NCBI GenBank assembly: GCA_963816145.1
Contig: CAWFJP010000004.1
Span: 224,001 to 288,000, forward strand
Direction: 5' to 3'
DNA length: 64,000 nucleotides
Source of the DNA: an uncultured delta proteobacterium
GTDB taxonomy: Bacteria > Desulfobacterota > Binatia > UBA9968
Part shown: positions 50,831-62,545 of the stretch, in pieces
Numbering within the stretch: position 1 is the stretch's first letter
Layout: every line of letters starts with the position of its first letter
Translations under genes and position numbers: made by a program
The notes under the pieces: generated by a model
Database searches by the model: none
What the model was told of the DNA's origin: nothing
Seen by the model: the letters and a program-made list of their open reading frames with translations, nothing else

Positions 50831-51433
50831 ATGAACTTCATCCCCATGGTCGTCGAGCAAACTGGGCGAGGCGAACGGGCATATGATATCTATTCGCGTC
50901 TGCTAAAAGAACGAATCATCTTTCTTGGCTCGGTGGTCACCGACGAAGTCGCCAACGTCATTACCGCGCAGTTGCTGTTCCTCGAATCCGAAGATCCCGA
51001 GCGAGAGATTTTCTTCTACATCAACAGTCCCGGCGGGTCGGTTACCGCCGGATTGGCGATTTATGACACGATGCAGTACGTGCGCCCGCAAATTTCGACG
51101 CTATGCGTCGGCCAAGCGGCAAGCATGGCTGCCGTATTGCTGGCGGCCGGCGCCAAAGGTAAGCGTTTCGCACTGCCTCACTCGCGGATCATGATTCATC
51201 AGCCCCTGGGTGGGTTCGAAGGCCAGGCGACCGATATTGAGATTCACGCCCGGGAAATTCTCCGTATGCGCGAGGAATTGAACAATATTCTCATGAAACA
51301 TACGGGCCAGAACCTCAAGAAAATCGAAAAAGACACGGAGCGCGACATGTTTTTGACGGGGAAGCAGGCGCAAGAGTACGGCCTGGTCGACGATGTGATC
51401 GCGGCACGTCCTGATAATACGCTCAAGAAATAG
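50831..51433 (+). CDS. clpP: Clp protease proteolytic subunit
   Basis: [11 protein letters not shown]; YINSPGG; QAASMAA; IHQP. Confidence 0.97.
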   Translation: MNFIPMVVEQTGRGERAYDIYSRLLKERIIFLGSVVTDEVANVITAQLLFLESEDPEREIFFYINSPGGSVTAGLAIYDTMQYVRPQISTLCVGQAASMAAVLLAAGAKGKRFALPHSRIMIHQPLGGFEGQATDIEIHAREILRMREELNNILMKHTGQNLKKIEKDTERDMFLTGKQAQEYGLVDDVIAARPDNTLKK

Positions 51434-51457
51434 CTCTTAGTTTAGCTTGGGGGGTCT

Positions 51458-52717
51458 ATGCCTAAACATGGTGAGCACGGATCGGGAAATCTCGTCTGTT
51501 CTTTTTGCGGCAAAAGCCAGGACGAGGTTCGCAAGCTGATCGCCGGTCCGACGGTATACATCTGCGATGAATGCATCGACCTCTGCAACGACATTATCGC
51601 CGAAGAAATCGACCATGACGAGAATCTGAGTTCGTCGTCGAATGTTCCCAAGCCTGCCGAAATCAAACGCGTACTCGACCAATACGTAATCGGCCAGGAA
51701 CGCGCTAAGAAAATCTTGGCGGTTGCGGTCCACAATCATTACAAGCGCATCGACAGCCAGATGGTGACGGGGGATGTCGAGCTGCAAAAGAGCAACATCC
51801 TGCTGCTTGGCCCCACCGGGTCTGGCAAGACCCTACTTGCCCAAACCCTTGCCCGCTTTCTGCAGGTGCCCTTTACCATTGCCGATGCGACCAGCTTGAC
51901 TGAGGCCGGCTATGTCGGTGAGGATGTCGAGAATATAATTCTCAATTTGTTGCAGGCGGCCGAGTACGACGTTGAAAAAGCCCAGCGCGGTATCGTCTAT
52001 ATTGATGAGATCGATAAAATTTCGCGCAAGTCGGACAATCCGTCGATTACCCGAGATGTCTCCGGAGAAGGTGTGCAACAGGCGTTGCTCAAAATTATCG
52101 AAGGGACCATGGCGAGTGTGCCACCAAAGGGTGGGCGAAAACATCCCCAGCAAGAGTTCTTGCAGGTGGACACCACCAATATCTTGTTTATTTGCGGTGG
52201 CGCTTTCGTCGGTTTAGAAGACATTATCCGCAAACGGACCGGCCGCAAACGCATGGGCTTTGGCGGGCAATTAGAAGAAAGTGAAAAAAATGGCCAACGG
52301 TCTTCAGATCTGCTGCACAGTGTTCAGACGGAGGATTTGCTCAAGTTTGGCTTAATTCCTGAATTCATTGGCCGATTGCCGGTGATAGCTACTCTTGACG
52401 AGTTGGACGATAGCGCATTGATGCGTATTTTGAAGGAACCCAAAAACGCCTTGACCAAGCAGTATTCCAAGCTGTTTGAAATGGAGTCGGTGCATCTTAA
52501 GTTCACAGAAGATGCGTTGCGAGCGATCGCGCGCGAAGCCATGAAACGGAAGTCCGGAGCGCGCGGGCTACGGGCGATCATGGAAAATATTATGTTGGAT
52601 ATCATGTACGACATGCCATCGCAGCCAAATATCAAAGAGGTTGTGATCTCAGAGGATGTTGTTGAAAAGCATGAACCTCCGATCGTCGTATACACCAAGG
52701 CAGCAGAGAGCGCTTAG
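51458..52717 (+). CDS. clpX: Clp protease ATPase subunit
   Basis: CSFCGK zinc domain; GPTGSGKT; [10 protein letters not shown]. Confidence 0.97.
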   Translation: MPKHGEHGSGNLVCSFCGKSQDEVRKLIAGPTVYICDECIDLCNDIIAEEIDHDENLSSSSNVPKPAEIKRVLDQYVIGQERAKKILAVAVHNHYKRIDSQMVTGDVELQKSNILLLGPTGSGKTLLAQTLARFLQVPFTIADATSLTEAGYVGEDVENIILNLLQAAEYDVEKAQRGIVYIDEIDKISRKSDNPSITRDVSGEGVQQALLKIIEGTMASVPPKGGRKHPQQEFLQVDTTNILFICGGAFVGLEDIIRKRTGRKRMGFGGQLEESEKNGQRSSDLLHSVQTEDLLKFGLIPEFIGRLPVIATLDELDDSALMRILKEPKNALTKQYSKLFEMESVHLKFTEDALRAIAREAMKRKSGARGLRAIMENIMLDIMYDMPSQPNIKEVVISEDVVEKHEPPIVVYTKAAESA

Positions 52718-52728
52718 GAGGGGACCGT

Positions 52729-55191
52729 ATGTTGTTTAGGAACGATAAGAAGGATCCGGAAGCCACCGCTGGCGGAACAAGGGTGCCGTTGCTGCCGTTG
52801 CGGGATATTATCGTTTTCCCGCACATGGTCGTGCCGCTATTTGTCGGGCGCCAGCGCTCGATCAAGGCCCTTGAAGAGGCGACTCAGAAGCAGAGTTTGA
52901 TTTTCTTGTCCTCGCAGAAAGACGCCAAAACCAACGAGCCCAGTGAAGATGATATTTACCGAATTGGCACGCTCGGTTCGGTGGTGCAGATGCTCAAGTT
53001 GCCGGATGGCACGGTCAAAGTCCTAATCGAGGGAAAGAAGCGCGCTAAAATCGCTAACTTTGTCGCCAATCCGGATTTTTTCCTAGTCGACGTGGAAGAT
53101 GCGCAGGAGTCGAGCGATCGCACCACGGAAGCCGAGGCGCTGATCCGCGAAGTTCACACAACCTTTGAAAATTACGTTAAGTTAAAAAAGAAAATTCCCC
53201 CGGAAATGGTCATGTCGGTGTCCTCCATCGATGAACCGGGGCGGCTGTCCGATACTATAGTGGCCCATCTCGGTATCAAGCTAGAAGACCGGCAAAATTT
53301 GCTGGAAACGTTTAATGCCGCGGATCGGTTGGAGAAGGTGCTCGGCCATATGCGCGCCGAGATCGAGATCCTTGAGGTCGAGCGGCGTATTCGTTCGCGC
53401 GTCAAGAAACAGATGGAGCGCTCGCAAAAGGAATATTATCTCAATGAACAGATGCGGGCGATCCAAAAAGAGCTGGGCGAAAAGGATGAGTTTAAGAACG
53501 AGATTCAAGAGATAGAAGAAAAGTTAAAACAGAAAAAGCTCTCTGCTGAAGCTAAAGATAAGGTCGACAAAGAGCTCAAGAAGCTCAAGATGATGTCGCC
53601 AATGTCGGCCGAAGCGACGGTGGTCAGAAACTATGTCGACTGGATTATCAGTTTGCCTTGGAATGAGTTCACCGACGATAAGCTCGATATTAACGAAGCG
53701 GAAAAGGTTTTGGATGAGGACCATTTTGGCTTAGAAAAGGTGAAAGAACGGATTCTCGAGTATCTCGCCGTGCAAAGTCTGGTGGGCAAGATCAAGGGGC
53801 CAATCCTTTGTTTGGTTGGACCTCCGGGCGTTGGCAAAACCTCGTTAGGTAGATCAATCGCCAGGGCAACCGGCCGGAAGTTCATTCGGGTTTCGCTCGG
53901 GGGGGTTCGCGACGAAGCGGAAATTCGCGGCCATCGCCGCACCTACATCGGCGCACTACCGGGCAAGATCATCCAATCGATGAAGAAGGCTGGGTCGAGC
54001 AACCCAGTCTTCCTGATGGACGAGATCGACAAGATGTCCACGGATTTCCGTGGTGATCCATCCTCGGCGCTGTTGGAGGTGCTCGATCCCGAACAGAATA
54101 CATCGTTTAACGATCACTATCTCGATCTCGATTTCGACCTTTCTAAGGTCATGTTCATTACGACTGCCAATACCTTGGATCGGATTCCTCGGCCGTTGCA
54201 AGATCGCATGGAGATCATTCGCATTGCCGGTTATACCGAGCTGGAAAAGGTTAATATCGCTAAGAAATACTTGATTGACAAGCAACGTGAAGCCAATGGG
54301 TTGACGCCGGAGAACATAGTCTTTACCGACAACGCATTGATGGGTGTGGTCCGCCACTATACCAAAGAAGCCGGAGTGCGGAGCCTGGAGCGGGAAATCG
54401 CCGCTGTTTGTCGTAAGGTCGCGGTTGAAGTCGTCAAGAAAGACCGCAACTCCCATGTTCAGGTCGGGACTAAGAGTCTACACAAGTATCTCGGGCCGAT
54501 AAAATTCCGCTACGGCAAAGCCGATGCCGATACCAAAGTCGGCGTGACTACTGGGTTAGCGTGGACGGAATTGGGTGGCGAGCTACTCTCAACAGAAGTA
54601 ACCGTTATGCCTGGCAAGGGGCAACTCATTATCACCGGGAAACTGGGTGATGTGATGCAGGAGTCGGCGCAGGCGGCAATGAGTTACGTTCGATCGCGTG
54701 CGACCGCATTGGGTTTAGAAAAGGACTTTTATCAAAAGCTGGATGTTCATCTACATGTACCGGAGGGAGCAATCCCCAAGGATGGTCCCTCAGCAGGCAT
54801 AACGATGGCAACATCGCTGGTGTCCGCGTTGATAAAGACTCCCGTACGCAACGATCTTGCAATGACGGGTGAAATCACGCTGCGTGGCACGGTGTTGCCA
54901 ATTGGTGGCCTGAAAGAAAAAGTTTTGGCGGCGCACCGGGCTGGGATCAAGAAAATCCTGATTCCGGCGGAGAACGAAAAGGACATTGAGGAAATTCCGG
55001 CGAGCGTACTTAAGAGTGTGGAATTGGAACTCGTTTCTCATGTTGATGAGGTGCTTAAGAAAGCTCTGGTACTCGATGATCCTGAAGCGCTATTCAGCCA
55101 CACCCCGGTCGAGCTTCAGCCGAAAGAGGAGAGCCCGCCGTTTGCCGACAAGGTCGAGGAAGTTCCCGCGAGCGAAATTCTTCCCCAGTAA
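52729..55191 (+). CDS. lon: Lon protease
   Basis: LPLRD; GPPGVGKTS; PKDGPSAG; GGLKEK. Confidence 0.97.
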   Translation: MLFRNDKKDPEATAGGTRVPLLPLRDIIVFPHMVVPLFVGRQRSIKALEEATQKQSLIFLSSQKDAKTNEPSEDDIYRIGTLGSVVQMLKLPDGTVKVLIEGKKRAKIANFVANPDFFLVDVEDAQESSDRTTEAEALIREVHTTFENYVKLKKKIPPEMVMSVSSIDEPGRLSDTIVAHLGIKLEDRQNLLETFNAADRLEKVLGHMRAEIEILEVERRIRSRVKKQMERSQKEYYLNEQMRAIQKELGEKDEFKNEIQEIEEKLKQKKLSAEAKDKVDKELKKLKMMSPMSAEATVVRNYVDWIISLPWNEFTDDKLDINEAEKVLDEDHFGLEKVKERILEYLAVQSLVGKIKGPILCLVGPPGVGKTSLGRSIARATGRKFIRVSLGGVRDEAEIRGHRRTYIGALPGKIIQSMKKAGSSNPVFLMDEIDKMSTDFRGDPSSALLEVLDPEQNTSFNDHYLDLDFDLSKVMFITTANTLDRIPRPLQDRMEIIRIAGYTELEKVNIAKKYLIDKQREANGLTPENIVFTDNALMGVVRHYTKEAGVRSLEREIAAVCRKVAVEVVKKDRNSHVQVGTKSLHKYLGPIKFRYGKADADTKVGVTTGLAWTELGGELLSTEVTVMPGKGQLIITGKLGDVMQESAQAAMSYVRSRATALGLEKDFYQKLDVHLHVPEGAIPKDGPSAGITMATSLVSALIKTPVRNDLAMTGEITLRGTVLPIGGLKEKVLAAHRAGIKKILIPAENEKDIEEIPASVLKSVELELVSHVDEVLKKALVLDDPEALFSHTPVELQPKEESPPFADKVEEVPASEILPQ

Positions 55192-55225
55192 GTCGCGAGA
55201 ATCTGGCACGGAAATGCCGGGTAAT

Positions 55226-55254
55226 TTGACACCCGGTATTTCCGCTGTTATAAC
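55226..55254 (+). promoter_or_regulatory. Sigma70 promoter upstream of tRNA-Val/tRNA-Asp/rplM
   Basis: TTGACA-17 bp-TATAAC; the -35 sits in the loop of the post-lon inverted repeat. Confidence 0.7.
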
Positions 55255-55479
55255 ACCGCATTGCTGATTATTAGCGGTCTATAGCCGTTAGTATCGCCAA
55301 AGCCCCAATGTTAGGACAATCATTTATATTTATTCCGCCTAGCCAGTCGAGTTGGGGATCGCAGTGGCAGCGATCGGTTACAGGGGCGCCCACGAGATTT
55401 TAAGGAGCACATCGGGTGGTTTTCGCAGCATTCATTGGGACGGCCGCCCGGGCTAAGCACTCGATGTATATTTTAGTAG

Positions 55480-55554
55480 GGGCGGTTAGCTCAGTGGGAG
55501 AGCATCGGCCTTACAAGCCGGGGGTCACAGGTTCAAGCCCTGTACCGCCCACCA
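55480..55554 (+). tRNA. tRNA-Val(TAC)
   Basis: Anticodon arm TCGGC-CTTACAA-GCCGG; CCA end. Confidence 0.95.
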
Positions 55555-55581
55555 ATTAAGTTTGTGTTGTTTGGATAAATC

Positions 55582-55658
55582 GGGGTCGTAGTTCAGTCGG
55601 TTAGAACGCCGGCCTGTCACGCCGGAGGTCGCGAGTTCGAGTCTCGTCGGCCCCGCCA
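55582..55658 (+). tRNA. tRNA-Asp(GTC)
   Basis: Anticodon arm CCGGC-CTGTCAC-GCCGG; CCA end. Confidence 0.95.
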
Positions 55659-55704
55659 TTTTTTGCAAGTTCAATTGAACTTGGAGTTGACTGGAGCAAG
55701 TGCT

Positions 55705-56130
55705 ATGAACAGGGAAGATGCGCTGACTCAACGTCATTGGTACGTGATCGACGCTCAAGGAAAGATTCTTGGGCGAATGGCCACAGAGATTGCCAAGGTT
55801 TTGCGCGGCAAACATAAACCGGTTTTTACGCCCAACCAAGACGCAGGCGACTTTGTGATTGTCATAAATGCGCGGGGTTTGAAGCTAACCGGCGCTAAAC
55901 TGGACCAAAAGATTTACTTTCGGCATACCAATTATCCTGGCGGTATCCGTCAACGTACCGCCGCGGAAATGCTCCAAGAGAAGCCCGAAGAATTGGTGCG
56001 GTTAGCCGTAAAGGGAATGTTGCCAAAAAACCGTTTAAGCCGGCACTTAGTTACCAAGCTAAAAATCTACGCAGGTCCGGACCATCCCCACGCGGCGCAG
56101 ATGCCTCAACCGCTGGCAGTCGAAGCATAG
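55705..56130 (+). CDS. rplM: 50S ribosomal protein L13
   Basis: WYVIDA; LRGKHKP; VKGMLPKN; start uncertain (55663-55705). Confidence 0.95.
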   Translation: MNREDALTQRHWYVIDAQGKILGRMATEIAKVLRGKHKPVFTPNQDAGDFVIVINARGLKLTGAKLDQKIYFRHTNYPGGIRQRTAAEMLQEKPEELVRLAVKGMLPKNRLSRHLVTKLKIYAGPDHPHAAQMPQPLAVEA

Positions 56131-56143
56131 GAGAATTTGATCG

Positions 56144-56536
56144 ATGGCAGATAAAATGATCGTGTCGACAGGACGGCGAAAGACTTCGGTTGCCCGGGTC
56201 TTTCTCAAACCCGGGAAAGGCAGCTTGCGGATAAACAATCGCACGCTGCAAGAATATTTCGGACGTGAGACCGCGCGTATGATTGTCTTGCAACCTTTTC
56301 AAGTTACTCAGACAGCTGGAAATTTTGATATTGAGGTAAATGTCGACGGTGGCGGTAACTCAGGGCAGGCCGGAGCGATTCGCCACGGTATCACCCGCGC
56401 CTTGATGAAATTTAATCCTGACCTACGTCCTTCCCTTAAGAAAGCCGGCTTTGTCACCCGCGATCCACGCGCAGTCGAGCGCAAAAAGTATGGTCGTCAT
56501 AAAGCCCGCAAACGGCCCCAGTATTCAAAGCGCTAA
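56144..56536 (+). CDS. rpsI: 30S ribosomal protein S9
   Basis: [11 protein letters not shown]; [10 protein letters not shown]; QYSKR. Confidence 0.97.
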   Translation: MADKMIVSTGRRKTSVARVFLKPGKGSLRINNRTLQEYFGRETARMIVLQPFQVTQTAGNFDIEVNVDGGGNSGQAGAIRHGITRALMKFNPDLRPSLKKAGFVTRDPRAVERKKYGRHKARKRPQYSKR

Positions 56537-56568
56537 TTCGTAGCCGCTATTTCATCGATTCACTTACC

Positions 56569-56612
56569 AAAGAGCTTGGCCTTGCCGGATGAGCAAGACC
56601 GAGCTCTTTCTT
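56569..56612. terminator. Hairpin terminator between convergent rpsI and lptG
   Basis: AAAGAGCTTGGCCTTGC...GCAAGACCGAGCTCTTT. Confidence 0.65.
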
Positions 56613-56892
56613 GGCTCAAGCGATGCATCGTCCGGTTTCTGCAACTGGAAGAATTCGCTGGGCGAACACCCTCTGCGACGGAGAAACGCGTGGCCGTCAG
56701 TTACTCTAAATCTGGGGAAAAGTGTTGTGCGTCGGGTTTGTTTACGCTTTAAATCGATTGGGAGAGCGGCGGATGGTCCGCACTTGGTCGCCATGCTTCG
56801 GTGGCATTGCCCATGCGGATGCCATCTTGCTGGTCGAACTGCCAACCGGCTCTCGCGGGTCGAAGCTACAACAAAACCCCAAGTCGAAGCGA

Positions 56893-58005
56893 TCACTCTT
56901 CAGAGGTGAAGAAATAGAGGCCGATCATTAAGAATATTATATTGGGGATCCATGCCGCGGGCAGCGCGGGGAGCGCACCCCCATGACCTAAAGAAGTGCA
57001 AAAGGCTGTCAGTACCCAATACCCGAAGGCGATCGCCATCGTTACGCCGAAGCTGAGCGATAGGTTGCCGCTTATCTGCCGCTTGATCGCAAACGGCGTA
57101 GCTAACAGAACCATCAGAAAAGAGACCAATGGAATCGCGAGTTTGATTTGCAAATCCACTTCGGGGGCGGTGGTATCGATGCCCTTGGATTTCATGTCGC
57201 CAACCTGCTTTTCTAAATCGAAATAACTAAATTCTTCGGCGTCGCGCGCAAGCAGTTTTAGATCCTCCGGAGTTTCCGTAATCGGAATGTTTGCGACACT
57301 TTCAGTGCGATTCAATTTCCCGTCCTCTTGCAACTCCCATTCGACTGCGGCGTCGGTATGCCAATTTCGCTCACGCCATTGAGCATTGGGAATCTCGATC
57401 AAAGAGCGTAAACTGAAATCCCGATTCAGCTTAAACACCGTGACCCCCTGCAGGTTATTCGTCCGCGGATCGAAGTTGTCGATGTTGATGAAACTGGCCT
57501 CACCGCGAATCCAAATATTTCGCGTCCCGAATAAGCTCAATTGTTGTTTTTGTTTGATCTCGGTTCGATAGATCTGTTGAGCGTTGCGGCTAAAAATTGG
57601 CACCAGCGTCTCGTTCCAAAAAAAAGTCATGCCCGAGATTAACAAAGACAGCACAAGCAACGGCAGGGCGATCCGCTGGACGCTAACGCCGCTTGACCTT
57701 ATCGCCGTGATTTCTTGAGTCCGAGCGAGTAGGCCCAAACAAAACAGTGTCGAGAACAATGTCGCAAATCCGACCACTCGAGAAATTAATAGCGGTGCTT
57801 TGAACAGGAAATAGCGCAAGACCGTTATCACCGACGCACCGGATTCCAGCAGGCTGCCGATTCTTTCGAAAAAATCGGCGGTTAAATAAAGTCCGGTGAT
57901 CACCGCTAAGCTAATTCCGAAGATGCGCAAAAATCCTGTTGAAATATACCGATCCAGGATGCTGCCTAGGGGCATTGTGCGATGTTGCACTCTTGCTGTC
58001 ATCAC
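56893..58005 (-). CDS. lptG: LPS export ABC permease LptG
   Basis: ILDRYI; EITAIRSSGVS; AAWIPN; adjacent to lptF; start may be 57976. Confidence 0.88.
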   Translation of the reverse strand: MMTARVQHRTMPLGSILDRYISTGFLRIFGISLAVITGLYLTADFFERIGSLLESGASVITVLRYFLFKAPLLISRVVGFATLFSTLFCLGLLARTQEITAIRSSGVSVQRIALPLLVLSLLISGMTFFWNETLVPIFSRNAQQIYRTEIKQKQQLSLFGTRNIWIRGEASFINIDNFDPRTNNLQGVTVFKLNRDFSLRSLIEIPNAQWRERNWHTDAAVEWELQEDGKLNRTESVANIPITETPEDLKLLARDAEEFSYFDLEKQVGDMKSKGIDTTAPEVDLQIKLAIPLVSFLMVLLATPFAIKRQISGNLSLSFGVTMAIAFGYWVLTAFCTSLGHGGALPALPAAWIPNIIFLMIGLYFFTSEE

Positions 58006-58008
58006 GAC

Positions 58009-59208
58009 TTAGTCCTTCGTTCGTCTCACTATTCTTTTCACCCGTTGTAAAGTGGCGCTACCGACACGCGAGGCAAACGCTGGCAACACGAGCGGCGATT
58101 CGCGCATCGCCTTGCGAAAGAAAACCGATGCAATGAATCCAAGGGTCAGGTTAGGTAGCCATAGGGCTGGAATGGGCTGTAGGTGTCCCTTGTCACCCAA
58201 AGCCTTACCGAAGGAGAGCAAGACGTAGTACACCAACAGCCAGAACAAGCACAGCATGAATCCCCACGAGCGCCCGGCTCGCGATGTGCGCGGCAGTAGC
58301 GCCAGTGCCACGCCAAGCACGCCAAACACTAAAGGGATAAAGCCGAAAGCGATGCGCTGGTGCAATTCCATTCTCTCTGGAATCGAGTTGCTGCCGCGCC
58401 GCTGTTTTTCTTCGATGGATTTGCGCAATTCCGCTAAGGACAACTCTTTCGGCCCGGCTTCCCTCTGTCGCATCGGGCCGACCAGTTCGTCCAGGTCAAG
58501 CTTGAAATCGTAAATATTGAAGCGAGTTTGGCTAAAGCCCTCGCGAGTTTTTTCTCGTTCGTAGATCGAGCCGTCGAAAAGCCTGAGTGACAAAGTGTTT
58601 GATTCGTCGTCGGTGGTGATTCGAGCGACTTTGCCGAGAATGATGTCTTCGCGCACGCGATCCCGTTTGTCGACGATGAGGATCCCTTGCGCGGTATTCC
58701 CAGGTGGAATGATTTCTTCGACGTAAATCAGGATCTTGGGAAAGTCATCGTTAAAGACTTTTTCTTTGAGCGCCGTTCCAACCCGAGATTTAGCGATGTT
58801 GTAAAGTTCTTTTTTGAGAGCCGAATTGGCAGTTGGCCGCGCGTAGAGAGTGGTGATTAGGGTTAGAATTGAAACCATCAGCGACAAGCCGGCGATGGGC
58901 CACAAAATCTGCAATGGACTGACACCCGAGGCTTTCATGGCAAGCAGCTCTTGGTCGTTGGCCATGCGACCGAGGCCCAACAGAATCGCCAGTAGGAACG
59001 CCATCGGCACGGTCATTTCCAAGAACGTCGGCATGATCAACGCCAAAAGTTTCCCGACTTGGGTCAGCGGGACGCCGCGGCTGATGACCAGTTCGATCAG
59101 TTTCAAAAGGCGCCCAATTAGCAAAATAAACGTAAAGGCCAGCAGTCCGAGAAGAAATGGCGGCAAGACTTCAGAAATGAGATAACGGATCAACGTCTTT
59201 CGTTTCAC
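58009..59208 (-). CDS. lptF: LPS export ABC permease LptF
   Basis: LIRYLISE; DQELLAMKASGVS; LWLPN. Confidence 0.88.
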   Translation of the reverse strand: MKRKTLIRYLISEVLPPFLLGLLAFTFILLIGRLLKLIELVISRGVPLTQVGKLLALIMPTFLEMTVPMAFLLAILLGLGRMANDQELLAMKASGVSPLQILWPIAGLSLMVSILTLITTLYARPTANSALKKELYNIAKSRVGTALKEKVFNDDFPKILIYVEEIIPPGNTAQGILIVDKRDRVREDIILGKVARITTDDESNTLSLRLFDGSIYEREKTREGFSQTRFNIYDFKLDLDELVGPMRQREAGPKELSLAELRKSIEEKQRRGSNSIPERMELHQRIAFGFIPLVFGVLGVALALLPRTSRAGRSWGFMLCLFWLLVYYVLLSFGKALGDKGHLQPIPALWLPNLTLGFIASVFFRKAMRESPLVLPAFASRVGSATLQRVKRIVRRTKD

Positions 59209-59271
59209 GGTTGCGGCATGTTAACTGTTGTACTCTTGGTTGTAAAATCCATTGTTAGTTTGAAGTGAATC

Positions 59272-60021
59272 ATGGCAACGGACTATCTTTTCGGCATCAA
59301 CACAATTCATGAAATGTTTATTGCGGCACCAAAAAGTGTGCGGGAGATTATCGTTAGTGACAATGCCAATCATGGTCGGCTACAAGCATTAGTCGTTGAA
59401 GCGCGACGTCTCGGGCTGCCGGTTAGTTTTCGCTCTGCTCGCGAATTGGATCGTTTGGCTCAAGGTGAGCGCCATCAGGGGGTGGTGGCAGCCGTTGACG
59501 CTTACGCCTATCCGGGATTTGAAAAATTGCTGCAACGCATTGCCGATGCGGAGATTGCCGAATGGATCTTGATTTTGGACGGCATCGTCGATCCCCGTAA
59601 CTTTGGGGCTCTGTTGCGTACAGCGGAAGCCGCCGGTGTTCGGCATATTGTAATTCCAAAGGATCGTAGCGTCGAGGTGACACCATTAGTCGTCAAAGCG
59701 TCAGCCGGAGCGACGCACCATCTGAACATTTACAAGGTGACGAATCTGCGACGCACAATGCAGGAGCTAAAACAGGCGGGTTATTGGACGGTTGGCTTGG
59801 TGGTCGGTGCCAAGGAATGCTTATATGATCGGGTTTACCCAGAGAAATTGGCTATTGTGCTCGGCAGCGAAGCCACCGGAGTACGCCCGATCAATCTTCG
59901 GGAGTGTGATTTTCTTGTTTCAATTCCAATGCTTGGAAATGTCGCTTCGCTTAACGTAGGGGTCGCTGGGGCGATTTGTCTATATGAAATGGTGCGTCAG
60001 CAGAGGTTGGTCCGACGATAG
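59272..60021 (+). CDS. rlmB: 23S rRNA Gm2251 2'-O-methyltransferase
   Basis: HQGVVA; DPRNFGALLRTA; KASAGA; SLNVGVA (SPOUT family). Confidence 0.92.
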   Translation: MATDYLFGINTIHEMFIAAPKSVREIIVSDNANHGRLQALVVEARRLGLPVSFRSARELDRLAQGERHQGVVAAVDAYAYPGFEKLLQRIADAEIAEWILILDGIVDPRNFGALLRTAEAAGVRHIVIPKDRSVEVTPLVVKASAGATHHLNIYKVTNLRRTMQELKQAGYWTVGLVVGAKECLYDRVYPEKLAIVLGSEATGVRPINLRECDFLVSIPMLGNVASLNVGVAGAICLYEMVRQQRLVRR

Positions 60022-60284
60022 CCGTCGGCTGGTAGTTGGGCGGCTTTTCAAGGCAGTACTACTACATTGGCATGAAACCTCGGTGCGCTGTTGACATGGC
60101 TAATCGAAGATGGTTTAAATACCCGTTTACAAACGGGGAAAACTCCCTGGCGTCGTGGTTTGCCTGGCAGGCAAATGATCCGTACTTATAAACTGTAAAA
60201 ATTTGTTGAGATAAGTATCTTTACCGCTGCCTAAAGAGGTAATTGGCAATTTTTTCGCTGGTTCGAGAAACCCAAGGGCGGTGG

Positions 60285-60359
60285 GCTGGCGTAGCTCAAC
60301 GGTAGAGCAGCTGATTTGTAATCAGCAGGTTGTAGGTTCAAGTCCTATCGCCAGCTCCA
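60285..60359 (+). tRNA. tRNA-Thr(TGT)
   Basis: Anticodon arm GCTGA-TTTGTAA-TCAGC; CCA end. Confidence 0.95.
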
Positions 60360-60415
60360 GCTAATCCATTTAGGAAAGTTGGCGCGGCGAGAAATTTGTT
60401 TCTGGGGGGAGTCGA

Positions 60416-60500
<85 letters not shown>

Positions 60501-60505
60501 ATTTT

Positions 60506-60581
60506 GCGGGAATAGCTCAGTTGGTAGAGCGCAAGCCTTCCAAGCTTGGGGTCGCGGGTTCGAGTCCCGTTTCCCGCTCCA
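60506..60581 (+). tRNA. tRNA-Gly(TCC)
   Basis: Anticodon arm CAAGC-CTTCCAA-GCTTG; CCA end. Confidence 0.95.
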
Positions 60582-60666
60582 TATTGGTTAGTGGCGGATG
60601 GCATTTTGCCTGGCCGGTCTCTCGCCCCGATGGTGGGCACCGTGGCCAACAGCCATCGACCGACAT

Positions 60667-60739
60667 GCCCAGGTAGCTCAGTCGGTAGAGCACGTCCTTG
60701 GTAAGGACGAGGTCAGCGGTTCAATCCCGCTCCTGGGCT
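60667..60739 (+). tRNA. tRNA-Thr(GGT)
   Basis: Anticodon arm CGTCC-TTGGTAA-GGACG; CCA not encoded. Confidence 0.93.
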
Positions 60740-60824
60740 TTGCCTTTCGGTTTGGAGAATTCTGGGGAGAGTAGTTGGCAGAAGCCTTAAGGGTGATGAT
60801 TCGGAAATCAATTAGGAGGACGCG

Positions 60825-62015
60825 ATGAGCAAAGCGAAATTTGAGCGTAAAAAACCACATTTGAATATTGGTACGATCGGTCATGTCGACCACGGTAAAA
60901 CAACCTTGACTGCAGCGATTACCAAGGTGCTGGCGAAGACGGGACGAGCCACGTTCCTAGCCTACGATCAGATCGATAAGGCGCCCGAAGAAAGAGAACG
61001 TGGCGTTACCATTAACATCGCCCATGTCGAGTATGAAACCGACAAACGGCACTACGCTCACGTCGATTGCCCTGGACATGCCGACTACGTAAAGAACATG
61101 ATCACCGGGGCGGCCCAGATGGACGGCGCGATTTTGGTGGTTTCTGCCGCCGATGGCCCCATGCCGCAAACTCGCGAGCATATTCTGCTGGCGCGCCAAG
61201 TCGGCGTTCCTGCCATTGTGGTCTTTTTGAACAAGGCGGATATGGTCGATGACAAGGAGCTTTTGGAACTCGTCGAACTCGAAGTGCGCGAGCTGCTCTC
61301 CAAGTACAAATTCCCCGGCGACGATACACCCATCGTCATCGGTAGCGCGCTCAAGGCCCTGGAAGGGGATACCTCCGAAATGGGCGAGGGTGCTATCTTG
61401 AAGTTGATGGAAGCTGTCGATTCGTTCGTTCAGGAACCAGAGCGCGAAATCGATAAACCCTTCATCATGCCGGTCGAAGACGTTTTCACTATCAGTGGCC
61501 GAGGTACAGTGGTAACGGGCCGGGTTGAACGCGGCATTATTAAAGTCGGCGAAGAAATTGAAATCGTCGGCTTCAAACCGACGCAAAAGACTGTCGCCAC
61601 GGGCGTCGAAATGTTCCGCAAACTGCTCGACGAAGGCCGAGCCGGCGATAACATCGGCGTGCTTTTGCGCGGTACCAAGCGCGAAGAAGTCGAGCGCGGT
61701 CAAGTATTGGCCAAGCCCGGCAGCATTACGCCGCACACCAAGTTCAACGCCGAGGCTTACGTGTTGACCAAGGAAGAGGGTGGCCGCCATACGCCGTTCT
61801 TCAATGGCTACCGGCCGCAATTCTACTTCCGTACGACCGATGTTACCGGAGTGGTGAAATTGCCGGAAGGCACGGAGATGGTTATGCCGGGCGACAATAT
61901 CAATGTCGAAATCGAGTTGATTACTCCGGTCGCCATGGATCAAGGCTTAAAATTCGCTATTCGTGAAGGTGGGCGTACCGTCGGCGCCGGCGTGGTTACG
62001 AAGATCCTTCAGTGA
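60825..62015 (+). CDS. tuf: Elongation factor Tu
   Basis: GHVDHGKTT; [15 protein letters not shown]; NKAD. Confidence 0.99.
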   Translation: MSKAKFERKKPHLNIGTIGHVDHGKTTLTAAITKVLAKTGRATFLAYDQIDKAPEERERGVTINIAHVEYETDKRHYAHVDCPGHADYVKNMITGAAQMDGAILVVSAADGPMPQTREHILLARQVGVPAIVVFLNKADMVDDKELLELVELEVRELLSKYKFPGDDTPIVIGSALKALEGDTSEMGEGAILKLMEAVDSFVQEPEREIDKPFIMPVEDVFTISGRGTVVTGRVERGIIKVGEEIEIVGFKPTQKTVATGVEMFRKLLDEGRAGDNIGVLLRGTKREEVERGQVLAKPGSITPHTKFNAEAYVLTKEEGGRHTPFFNGYRPQFYFRTTDVTGVVKLPEGTEMVMPGDNINVEIELITPVAMDQGLKFAIREGGRTVGAGVVTKILQ

Positions 62016-62045
62016 CTTAACGCCGATCGCCAGGAGGATAAGGTC

Positions 62046-62198
62046 ATGCGGGAGTTGGTAGGGTTTGCATGCGATAAGTGTAAACGGAAGAACTACACGT
62101 CATCGAAGAACCGGAAAACAACCACCGAGAAACTGGCGCTCAAGAAGTTTTGTGCGTCTTGTCGGTCACACACCCTGCATCGTGAGGTTAAAGTTTAA
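62046..62198 (+). CDS. rpmG: 50S ribosomal protein L33, zinc-binding form (not in ORF track)
   Basis: MRELVGFACDKCKRKNYTSSKNRKTTTEKLALKKFCASCRSHTLHREVKV. Confidence 0.95.
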   Translation: MRELVGFACDKCKRKNYTSSKNRKTTTEKLALKKFCASCRSHTLHREVKV

Positions 62199-62209
62199 CG
62201 AGGATACAG

Positions 62210-62286
62210 GGGTCAGTAGCTCCAATTGGTAGAGCGCCGGACTCCAAATCCGGTTGTTGCAGGTTCGAGTCCTGCCTGACCCGCCA
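62210..62286 (+). tRNA. tRNA-Trp(CCA)
   Basis: Anticodon arm CCGGA-CTCCAAA-TCCGG; CCA end. Confidence 0.95.
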
Positions 62287-62311
62287 CTTTATCGCGTTGG
62301 AGACACCTCAA

Positions 62312-62527
62312 ATGGGGGATTGGATTCAAAAAATTCAGGACGGCGTCCAACAGGGCGTCGAATTTTGCAAAGAGTCCTGGCAGGAGTTGCAAAAAGTCCA
62401 TTGGCCGTCGCGTAAGGAGACTTACATGGCGACCATGGTCGTTATCGTCGTTGTTATCCTGGTGTCATTGTATTTGGCGACCGTGGATTTCGTCCTGACA
62501 AAGGCGGTCCAGGCGATTATCGGTTAG
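62312..62527 (+). CDS. secE: Preprotein translocase subunit SecE
   Basis: ELQKVHWPSRKE followed by a TM segment; conserved gene order. Confidence 0.93.
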   Translation: MGDWIQKIQDGVQQGVEFCKESWQELQKVHWPSRKETYMATMVVIVVVILVSLYLATVDFVLTKAVQAIIG

Positions 62528-62545
62528 TTGCGTAGGCTCTCTTCT

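Noticed and set aside
55204-55218. TGGCACGGAAATGCC as a sigma54 promoter
   Set aside because: GG-to-GC spacing is one base short, and the sequence is part of the post-lon hairpin.
56564-56896. 110-aa ORF downstream of lptG
   Set aside because: No recognisable features and it runs through the terminator hairpin; probably spurious.
60667-60739. tRNA-Thr(GGT) lacks an encoded CCA
   Set aside because: Common; CCA is added post-transcriptionally.
60957-61943. Long antisense ORFs opposite tuf (and opposite nirA, narB, rph and lon)
   Set aside because: Shadow ORFs expected from GC-rich codon bias on the reverse strand of real genes.
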